Of a stretch of 64,000 nt of DNA, positions 44,155 through 53,300 are shown piece by piece (positions within the stretch are counted from its first letter, which is position 1; every line of letters begins with the position of its first letter). Source of the stretch: a virus. The notes beneath the pieces are model-generated. The model was not told the origin of the DNA. It worked only from the letters and a program-made list of their open reading frames with translations, and did no database searches. The position numbers and the translations under genes were made by a program. The stretch covers positions 30,952 through 94,951 of the IMG/VR virus record IMGVR_UViG_3300037509_000067; one strand, given 5' to 3'.

Positions 44155-44556
44155 ATGACGGATGTGGACGAACTTATCAATCGTGCTTTCGCTAACGTTG
44201 TGGAAGCGCTATCAGATGAGTATACTGCGGTAATTGAAGAGGTGGGAGCGTTCCCGGAAGAGCCAGAGGCTGACATCGTTTTAAGTAGTCGTCTGCGTGA
44301 CTCAATGGAAATCGATACATCGAACAATTATGCTGAATGGAGCTGGAATCCTATCGATCCAAAGACTAGATATGAGTATGCCGCCAAGGTTTATCATGGG
44401 TTCAGGGCATATGGTCGGGGGCGTTGGGTACCTGGGCGTCACTGGCCCGAAAAAGCGATAAAGCGTGTAGACCCCGCACGAGTATTAGCAGCCGAATTAA
44501 ACATGTTAGGCGTAGATGCCAGTTTTACGTCAGCGGTAGATCAATTAATTGACTAG
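44155..44556 (+). CDS. Tail completion-like (HK97 gp10-like) protein
   Basis: SSRLRDS...YAAKVYHG...PGRHW. Confidence 0.6.
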   Translation: MTDVDELINRAFANVVEALSDEYTAVIEEVGAFPEEPEADIVLSSRLRDSMEIDTSNNYAEWSWNPIDPKTRYEYAAKVYHGFRAYGRGRWVPGRHWPEKAIKRVDPARVLAAELNMLGVDASFTSAVDQLID

Positions 44557-45059
44557 TGCAGAACCTAACAAATGACAACAATAGCCGCATCACTCCCTTG
44601 AAGTTGCGGAGTGACATTGAGCGTTGGCTTGATGGCTTAATAGGAGTTTACTTACTTCCCTTTAATTACCCTCCAGAAGATGTGTGGGGACTGGGACTGG
44701 AAGTTAATGGCAGCTCTACCAGGGCAGTTTCTGCGATCGCAGTTCTCCCTGACAATAAGTATGGGTACGCTTACCCCCCCAAAGATGTGCAGGTGTCGGG
44801 ATTGGAAGTGGTGATACTTCGCCTTGTTGTGAATTCCAAGAAGCTTTTAGGTAGGGATTTGTACAAACGCTACCCTACAGAGATATACCTAAAGTTATGG
44901 GATAATAGCGGCAATTTGATTAAGGCAACTGACAAATTAATTGATGGCTTGAACGCGGATGGTTACGAGTTTCAAGCGCCTCAAGCTATCCCAGCAGATG
45001 AAGGAAGTATTGGTCAAGTTAAGGTTTTGGTATTTGATTCTTTTGTTCAAGTAAACTAG
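44556..45059 (+). CDS. Putative tail terminator
   Basis: Directly upstream of the tail tube gene. Confidence 0.5.
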   Translation: MQNLTNDNNSRITPLKLRSDIERWLDGLIGVYLLPFNYPPEDVWGLGLEVNGSSTRAVSAIAVLPDNKYGYAYPPKDVQVSGLEVVILRLVVNSKKLLGRDLYKRYPTEIYLKLWDNSGNLIKATDKLIDGLNADGYEFQAPQAIPADEGSIGQVKVLVFDSFVQVN

Positions 45060-45246
45060 GAAAAATCTCTTCTTCAGACATGTCCAATGCTTCAGCAAGT
45101 TGTTTTCTTGCTTTAGGCCAAGGCTGAGTAGTTCCCCGCTCAAATTTGCTGATGTAATAGCTTGGAACATTGCTTCTTCTGCTAAGCTCGTGCTGTGTCC
45201 ATCCCCGCTCAAGGCGGATTCCACGCAATTTAGAGGTTTTTGGCAT
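45019..45246 (-). CDS. XRE-family HTH protein, inverted within the tail operon
   Basis: LRGIRLERGWTQHELSRRSNVPSYYISKFERG. Confidence 0.85.
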   Translation of the reverse strand: MPKTSKLRGIRLERGWTQHELSRRSNVPSYYISKFERGTTQPWPKARKQLAEALDMSEEEIFPSLLEQKNQIPKP

Positions 45247-45315
45247 TTAGTGACTAGTGTAGTTCTAGGACAGTGCTATTTGCTAATGTAAATCTAACAT
45301 TTTAATGCAACATCA

Positions 45316-46098
45316 ATGGTTTATACAGCTCACAGGAGCTTTCAAACAGGTTCAGGAAACAAGGTTAAAACGTTTGTAGCGTTACTCCCCCTAGGCGATC
45401 GCACGGAGCCTGTCGATGTGCCAATCATAGTAACTACTGGGGTAACACTAAATGCATCTACACCCGTAACATCTATCCCAGTAGAGCCTCTAAGAGGAAG
45501 GATTGCAGGAGGAACACCCATCGAGTTTCCCAATCCTCCAGCGGATACAACAACAGATACAACAGCACCTACCACAACTGCTGCAACTGTAGGAACCACC
45601 GGACCGCAAGCAAATGTTGCTTACCTAACTCGTGATGTGTTTCCTGGTGAGACAGTGCTTCCTGTTGAGCCATTAGAATTTGGAATTGCTGACGGAGTAG
45701 AGACCAGTTACAAAGCAAAATTGCGGCTCTTGGGTGGTACATCTACTGGGGCAAATATTGGAGCAAACCGCACCAACTCGATGGTGTTTGAAGATCCCCT
45801 TGGATATGAGGATGGTGTCATCACTTCTCAGTCGTGGGAAGTGCCTTGGAAAGCAAACTTACTAGCTTCTGACCTTGCTTATCGTCGCGTCTTTTATGCA
45901 GCTAGTCGTGCCATTGAGGGTAGGGAGTTGTTTGTCTGGCAGCACGATCCACCACCGGCTGGGTACGCTAAAGGGGATGCACTAATTGGTGCAGCAGTGG
46001 TGACAGGCTTTAGTAAAGACTTCCCTAGTGATGGGATTGTCACCTTTAGCTGCACGTTCAACGGTCAAGGTTCACCCCAAACATTAAGGTATAAATAA
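45316..46098 (+). CDS. Major tail (tube) protein
   Basis: SWEVPW...VTGFSKDFPSDGIVTFSCTFNGQG; precedes chaperone and tape measure. Confidence 0.8.
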   Translation: MVYTAHRSFQTGSGNKVKTFVALLPLGDRTEPVDVPIIVTTGVTLNASTPVTSIPVEPLRGRIAGGTPIEFPNPPADTTTDTTAPTTTAATVGTTGPQANVAYLTRDVFPGETVLPVEPLEFGIADGVETSYKAKLRLLGGTSTGANIGANRTNSMVFEDPLGYEDGVITSQSWEVPWKANLLASDLAYRRVFYAASRAIEGRELFVWQHDPPPAGYAKGDALIGAAVVTGFSKDFPSDGIVTFSCTFNGQGSPQTLRYK

Positions 46099-46844
46099 TG
46101 CTACCGTTTGAAACCGCGCCTCAAGAGCCAGAAACAGTACTTATTGGCACCCCAGAAACGGGAACTTTTCGGGTAAGAAAATATAAAAAATTGGGGCTGT
46201 CCGAGTATTTATTGTTAAAGCGTTACACCAAAGACTTGCCAGATTTGCAACTAGAAGCAGTAAAACTAGCAGAAGCGATCGCAGCGAAAACGGATAAGCG
46301 TGTAATTGATATTTTCAACAGTTTGACTGCTGGTGAAACCTCTTCGTTGGGTGGCAACCTCAGGGAGGTGCTTGTATTGCGCCAACTAATGGATAGCGAC
46401 AACCTAGCTCGAACTCCAGCGCTAGCAACAGTAATTCTTAAATATCGAGTTTTCCCTCCAGTGATTAAGCAGTGTCGCGCTCAAGTCGAAGGGTTGAGGG
46501 CAAGGCTCAAGGATAAGCAGCTTCCTTCTCGGGAAGAACTAGAGCAAGAACTCAAGGTACTAGAAGAGAAAATTTCTCTTCTAGAGGGATGGGGACTAGA
46601 GGAAACGTCCGATCCTGACAAACTTCACCCCGAACTGGTGGAAGCCCTAGCCAACTTTGCCTCAAAAGAGCAGAGCGGGTGGGAGTCGTCGCCAGAGGCA
46701 ACTGAGGAAGATTTAAAAAAATTGTCCAGCGAGGAAGCGCGGGAGAACCCGACTGGGCAGACATCTATTGGAGAATCCAACGGTTCTGGCCCAACGACCC
46801 CCGATTTAGTGCTGAGTGCTTCGGACTCCAATCCCCAGAGTTAA
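46098..46844 (+). CDS. Tail assembly chaperone (G-like)
   Basis: Between tube and tape measure; contains the slippery site. Confidence 0.78.
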   Translation: MLPFETAPQEPETVLIGTPETGTFRVRKYKKLGLSEYLLLKRYTKDLPDLQLEAVKLAEAIAAKTDKRVIDIFNSLTAGETSSLGGNLREVLVLRQLMDSDNLARTPALATVILKYRVFPPVIKQCRAQVEGLRARLKDKQLPSREELEQELKVLEEKISLLEGWGLEETSDPDKLHPELVEALANFASKEQSGWESSPEATEEDLKKLSSEEARENPTGQTSIGESNGSGPTTPDLVLSASDSNPQS

Positions 46845-47362
46845 TCTTACAAGCCCTGGAAAAGGGGCACAGATTACAACAGGAGGTACTACACCTGCAA
46901 GAGTTGGGGTTAAGTACCCTTACCTCTTGTTTTGTCAATGCCAATCGGGATTTGAGCAAGGCTGACCCAGCCCAACCCTCAGACTTTTACTACTTCAAGC
47001 CCGAGGAAGACAAGACCTGCGTCGCACCTGAAACAGCCGATACCTTCTTCAGCCTGATTGATGACCATCGCCTACCGGGTTGGGTTGTGCCGTTAGCTCC
47101 TGTTGAGGAATTGTCACGGGCGCGCTCCGGAGGTAAAGGACAAATGCCTAGGGCACTAATTGGAGATGGATTGCTATTAGTCGCACCCACTTTTGAACAA
47201 GGTTGGGTGCGATCGCCATTGGGATTTTTTGCAGAACATCCTAACGGGTTGAGTATCGAGCTAATGGATGTGGATTCCGGTCGGAGTTTCTGGATAACCC
47301 TGCCTACAGGGCTGGAATCAAACGTGTGGATGGTGGGAATTCAGTTTTTGTTAATGGAGTAA
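46706..47362 (+). CDS. Post-frameshift portion of the tail chaperone (T-like)
   Basis: -1 frame reads IVQRGSAGEPDWADIYWRIQRFWPNDPRF... into LGLSTLTSCFVNANRD. Confidence 0.8.
   Translation, partial: GRFKKIVQRGSAGEPDWADIYWRIQRFWPNDPRFSAECFGLQSPELILQALEKGHRLQQEVLHLQELGLSTLTSCFVNANRDLSKADPAQPSDFYYFKPEEDKTCVAPETADTFFSLIDDHRLPGWVVPLAPVEELSRARSGGKGQMPRALIGDGLLLVAPTFEQGWVRSPLGFFAEHPNGLSIELMDVDSGRSFWITLPTGLESNVWMVGIQFLLME
46712..46721 (+). other. Programmed -1 ribosomal frameshift site (T TTA AAA / A AAA AAA)
   Basis: The -1 frame has TGA at 46703-46705, then stays open through the slippery site into the 46904-47362 ORF. Confidence 0.85.
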
Positions 47363-47366
47363 AAAG

Positions 47367-50300
47367 ATGGGCAGTGTTGGCGCAGTTAGTATCAGCTTAG
47401 AACTAGACCGTTCCAAGTATGACAAGCAGATTAAGGAACTGCAAAAGTCAGACTTGGAGCTGACTGCTGACTTGTGCCTTGACACCAAAAAGTTCTTTTC
47501 TCAATTTGAAAAGTTAAAAGACGGCTTGGGATGCATCCCGGTTGAGCTGTGCCTTGACATTAAAAAGTTTGAAGCTGACATCAAGGCAATAAGCGATCAC
47601 ACTATTTCTATTCAAGCTGAGCTAATCATTGATAAAAAGCAGCTCGATAACCTCACCTCACAAGTCAGTGTTGAGGTAAGTACTTCTGGACAAGGAGCGA
47701 AACAGGCTGGGCAGGATTTCACAAATCAAATCAGTAAGGGTATGGAGGACGCCCTTACTGATGTTGCTCGTAACTCTGGGATGGAGGAGTTTGGCAAAGG
47801 GCTAATTAATAACTTAGCTGGTGCTTTACCTAAAACCCTGTTATTCCCCGTAAAAAATATTGCTGAGGGGTTTTTCATGGGGATTGGAGATAGCTTCTCC
47901 AAATCCTTGTCGCCTCAATTCACCAAGGTTTTCAAGCAACAAACGCCAACCATTCAAGCCTTTGCTGAGGATTTTGGAGATTTCTTCGGACAATCTTTAG
48001 AAGAGGGGCTAGTTAAGCTTGATATCTATAAGCGATTACCCAGAGGCACTCCTGCTACGCCTTTAAAACAGGCATCTACGCCAGCTTTGCCACCTGCCGC
48101 CGTGACTATTGATGTTATTCCTCTGAAGGAGCTTGATAGTACCTCCAAGACTCTGGTTGCAACATTTAAGCAACTAAATGATACGGTGGCTGCATCTGTT
48201 AAGGGATTGCAGACGTTAAGGACATCGCCTCAATCAACAGGTGCGTCTGGCACGTTTCTCAAGGGAGATGTGAGCAACATTACTGCCCCAGAGGCGCGAT
48301 CGCAAGTGGGGGAAGCGGTAGGCAAACTCAAAGGGAAGGTTGACCGATTGAGTAAGTCGGCTGACCCCGCCAAGCGTCAACAGCAGGTAGCACAGCTACT
48401 AGAAGAGATTGCTCGACTTGAAGCGCAAATTGATGCTGATGTTAAAAATAAAGATATCCCAGAATCTGTTAGGCGCTCTCTTGCCCAACTCAAGAGTAGG
48501 CGAACTACTACTAAAACGGTTAACATTGCCAAACTTAAAAGCAGTTTGGTTGAGTTTCAAGATGCTGGCTTGCAGGATGTTGAAAGTAAATCCAAAGAGT
48601 TATCTTCAATAATTGCTCAACTTGAGGCATCTTTCTCCGTGCCATCGCTTTCTAAGATGGCTAAGGGGATGTCGGGTTTAAGTTTATCTAAAGCCAGTTT
48701 AAAGTCACCAAATGAATTAAATAAATTAGCCTTAACTAATTATCAAAAGATATTTGAGGAATTAGCCAAGCGCTCTGGCTTGGATTCTGCCAAAGTTGCA
48801 GATTCAATGCCCCAGTTAAAGTTTGGTGGATTGCCGACAGGGGTTGCAGGTCGCTATAACCCAACAGGTAACGTCGTTCAACTCACTGGGGATTTTAGAA
48901 AAAAGTTAGCTAATTTCCAGTTAAGCAAAGATGACTTTGACACCATTGCTCACGAGATTCGCCATGCCTTTCAATTTAAATTAGGCAAGCTGTCTTTAGA
49001 AGATATTATTGGCAAGGGCGGTGCTGGAGTTGGGCTAAAATCCCTTGGGCTGGGCAAAGGAAGGGAAGGGGAGGTTGAGGCTTCCGTTCAAGATTTTAGG
49101 CAAGCGTTTAAACAACAGTTTGGCAGAAATCCAACTTATAAAATTATTGCTGCCGTTCGCAAATTAGAGGAAGATGCGACACAGTTTGCTAGTGAATCCA
49201 TTGCAGTTTATAGGCGTTTACTCCAAACTCCTGTCAGGTCAGGATTGAAGCAAGAGGGAGATTTCAGTGCGATCGCGTCTCAATTCAGTTCGCTCAGAGG
49301 GCAAGTTAAAGATGTGGCATCCCTTAAGCCTATTCTTGCCTTATTAAGGCGAGTTGAAGAGTTGCAGAAGAGTTTAGCCGAAGACATCCGCAACGAGGCA
49401 GACAAGGGCGTTAGAGAGCAACTGGGGCGGCTTAAGAACGTCCAGGTTTCTAAACTCCAGGGTGAAATCTCCCAGGTCTACCAAGGAGCTAAAGAAAAAA
49501 TAAAACCACCCAGTTTGGAACAAAAAGGGCGCGGTGCAAAACAGGTCAAAATTGCTCAGACCGATGAGTCGCTAACAAATTTAAAGTCTGAGTTTGAGCG
49601 ATTAAAACCTCAAGCCAAAGATGCCACATCTCTCAAGCCTTTGTTGAATGTTGTTCAACAAATGCGGAAACTCAGGGATGATGTCACTCGCGAGATTTCC
49701 GACCCTAAAACTTCTGCCAAAGAGAAACGCCGACTGGCTGAATTGCAAAGGTCGCAACTCAACCCCCTAGCAGGTGCGGTTGAGTCCGAATACGCCGCCA
49801 TCAAGAAGGGCGTCCGTAAAAGTATCGACGACCAGAATAAAGCTAGGCGGAAGTTTGAGCGACAACAAGATTTTGCCAAGAACCGTCCGGATGTTGAATT
49901 TTTAAGTGAAGGGTACTTCGACCGGGTATATCGGTGGGTAGAATCCACCATGTTCCGGCGCATGAGCAAGGCAGGGGTGAAGCCTAAAGAGCGTCGCACC
50001 TTGATGTCAGAAGCGGCAGGGATGGCTGTATCTGGTGCTGCCCTAGTTAACCCACTGGCAACAGCTGCTACTGCCTTGGCTCCCCTTGCTCCGGCGTTGG
50101 CTCCCCTGGCAATCACGGGCACCATGCTTTCTAGTCTCTTGACACCATTGATTCAGTCAATGGCAGAGACCTTAAAACGAATTGAGCCAGTTAAGAAGCG
50201 GTTTGAGTATTCCGGTGGCGGCAAAGAGGGAGGGAAACAGCAAGAGAAGTTTGCTCGTGGCATAGCCGAGGATTTAAACGTTCCTTTGGCGACGGCGATG

Positions 50301-53300
50301 GATGAATATTCAAAGTTAGCATCAGCTGCCAAAAATACAGCATTAGAAGGTCAACCTGTTCAAGAGTTGTTTGAAGGAATTTCATTATCGGTGAAGGCAC
50401 TGGGAGCTAACACTGATGATGCACGCCTCATCTACTATGCCTTCACCCAGATGCTCAGCAAGGGCAGAATCAGTATGGAGGAGCTACGTCAACAGCTTGG
50501 GGAAAAATTTCCGCCAGCAATTGGCACGTTTGCCCGTGCAATGGGTGTTTCTGTACAGCAGTTTAATAAGTTGGTTGAAACTGGTAGCTTAGTCTCTTCC
50601 GAGGTTTTGCCCAAGGTCGCTAAGCAGCTAAAAGCCGAGTTTGGTGAAGCAGCACGATCATCTGCTACCACCTTCACTAGTGCAATGGTGCGGATTGAGA
50701 ATGCTGTATTTAAAACTCAAGAAGCCTTAGCTGAAATGTTTGCCCCAGTCTTGACAGTATTTGCCAATTTCTTTGCTATGTTGCAGAACTTTATTGGCTC
50801 CAATATTGGAAGTATTGTTAAGGTGTTGGGGGCGGCATTGATTGGGGTGACCGCTCAGTTCCTTGTGGGTCTTACCGTCATTCTCAAAGGGACTGGGTTG
50901 GTGGCAACAATGACCAATGCCTTGGCTCCCTTATTTGGTCGCGTATTTGCCACCCTTACCCCGTTTGCTGTTGGGGTGATGGTTGATTTCATGGATGACG
51001 TGCTAGGCGCTCAGCACTCGGTCATGGAAAACATGACTAACTTTTTCGCCAACGCAGTAATTGGTATTTTTCTGACACTAGAAGGATTGGCAAAAAAGAT
51101 AGGAGAGTTATTTGAAGGGTTTGGTGGTGGAGGTGGAGGTGACTTCTTTGGCGGAATTGTCAACGAATTAAAGTCTCTTTATAGCTTGATTCCCAGTAGC
51201 GTGATTGAGTTTGGCGCACTGTTCGTCATGCTCACTCAGATGTCTGCATTGTTTAAACTGCAAATTCTTTCGCAACTTATGTGGATAGGTGACGCAATTA
51301 AAATGACCGGAAAAGCATTTTTGGAAAGCGCTAGAAACGGCAAGGTTTTTCAGTCGTCGCTCAATACTTTAACGGCAGGTTTTAGTAAACTGCGGGAAAT
51401 TGCCACGTTTGCCGCTGCCTCACTGGTTGTTCTGTTCTTTGCTAAAGCTGATTTCTCCGACCCGCTTAGAAAGTCGTTTGAGAATTTAGCAGATGGCGCA
51501 GTTAGTAGTTTTAAACGGATTGAAGAGGCGGTAGACGGAGTTAAAGGGAAAGTTGGTGAAATCCCTAACGAGATGCCCGACTTTAAATCCAAAGGATTTG
51601 ATTTAACTGTAGGGTTGGGTGAGCAGTTTGGGGGAGGTGCATTCCGCACAGATGACATCATTAAAATGATTCGGGATGCTCAACTAGGCTATGAAAAATC
51701 CCTACTTGGAAGTGGACAAATTAATCAAGGAGAATACGAAGAGCGAACCCAAAACATTAAAGACAAAACTATAACGGTAGCCGAGAAAAATTTTCAAGAC
51801 AGAATCATCAAGCTTCAAGAGTTATCAGAAACTATTGGTGCAAGCATAGATAAAGCTGGAATCTTGAAACCTGGATTTGCTCAGAATGAAGCTGGCAAGG
51901 GATTAACAGAAGTCAAAAATATTGATAAGCAAGTATTTGACCTTCAACGCCAACGAGTTGACCGCATGGATGCGGGTTATAAACCAGAAAGCGATGACGT
52001 TATTATTCAAATTGATAAACGAGTTAATGAGTTATTAAAGCAGCGCTCTGAAGCTCAAAAACGCATCCAATCTGTTGCCACTGAAATCATTAAGGGTTCG
52101 GATACTCTTGGCGAAGTAGTCAAAGCAATTAAGGAAAATACAGAAATCCCCGAATCTGCCAAGCAACAAGCTATTGATTTATTAAATCCTATTATTGCTC
52201 AATCGGCACAAGCCAAAGAGAAGCTTGAGGAGATGGGAGCGGTTGACTTGTCTCCACTAACTGAGCAATTCCAAAAAGTCAAAAAACGCCTAGATGAAAC
52301 TCAAATAAGTTTTGACAAGTTCAACGCCAAGTTAACATTAAGTCAATCGCAGGGACAAGCAGGTATTCAAGAGCGGGCAGCGTCGGGGGCAATCAATGAC
52401 GACCAAGCCAAGAAACAAAGCATCCAGTTAGAACAACAGGGGTTAAGCGAACGGCTGAAGAAGCTGCGGGAATATGTAAGCGATCGCAAGGACATGTTGC
52501 GCGACTTGTACGCCATTCCCAATCCCACGGACGACCAAAAAAAGCTCATCGACGACACCAAAAAGGAAATTGAAAAATCAGAATTAGAAACCGCTCAGAC
52601 TCGGATACAGTTGGCGCAGAAGGTATTAGAAGGCAAGCGGACGACCGAACAACAGGCACTGGAGGAATTGAGGAGGGCAAACACAGCCGCTCAGTCAGTT
52701 GCTCAAAAAACTGAGAGCGAACGCGTCGGACGAATTAAAGGTTTACAAGTCTCTGGACTGATTCAGCCAGAGGATGCCGAGAAACTGATTGGGGACGAGC
52801 AAACTAGAGCCGCTAAAGAGCAAGCACGGCAACAGATTGAAGCGGCGAACAATCAAATCGAAACAACTAGACGACTGCGATCGCAAAATATAATTGATGT
52901 CCGTCGCGCTGGGGAATTAGAGCGGGAAGCTAATCAACAAATTGCCGAGGCTAACCTGAAAATTATTGAGGCTGAGCTTCAAGCCAGGGAACGGGCTAAG
53001 CAGCGCCGGATTCAACAGATTGAGGAAATTACCGCTAAGGAGTCAGCGACTCAGGCGCAGAAGTTTTCTGATGCTTCTCAAGGGGTAAAGTCTCGCCAAC
53101 TAGGAGGCAAACTAACCGATGATGAAGCATCCCGCGAACAGAGCCAGCTGGAGATAGTCGATACAGAGGAGCGCCTCAAGCTCAAGCAACTGGAGCTATC
53201 TCGCACCAAACAATTACGCAACGAAGGGACTTTGTCACTTAAAGAGTACACGGGGAAGGAGCGTCAGTTGCTCCAAGACATCGAGCAGATGGAGAGTCAG

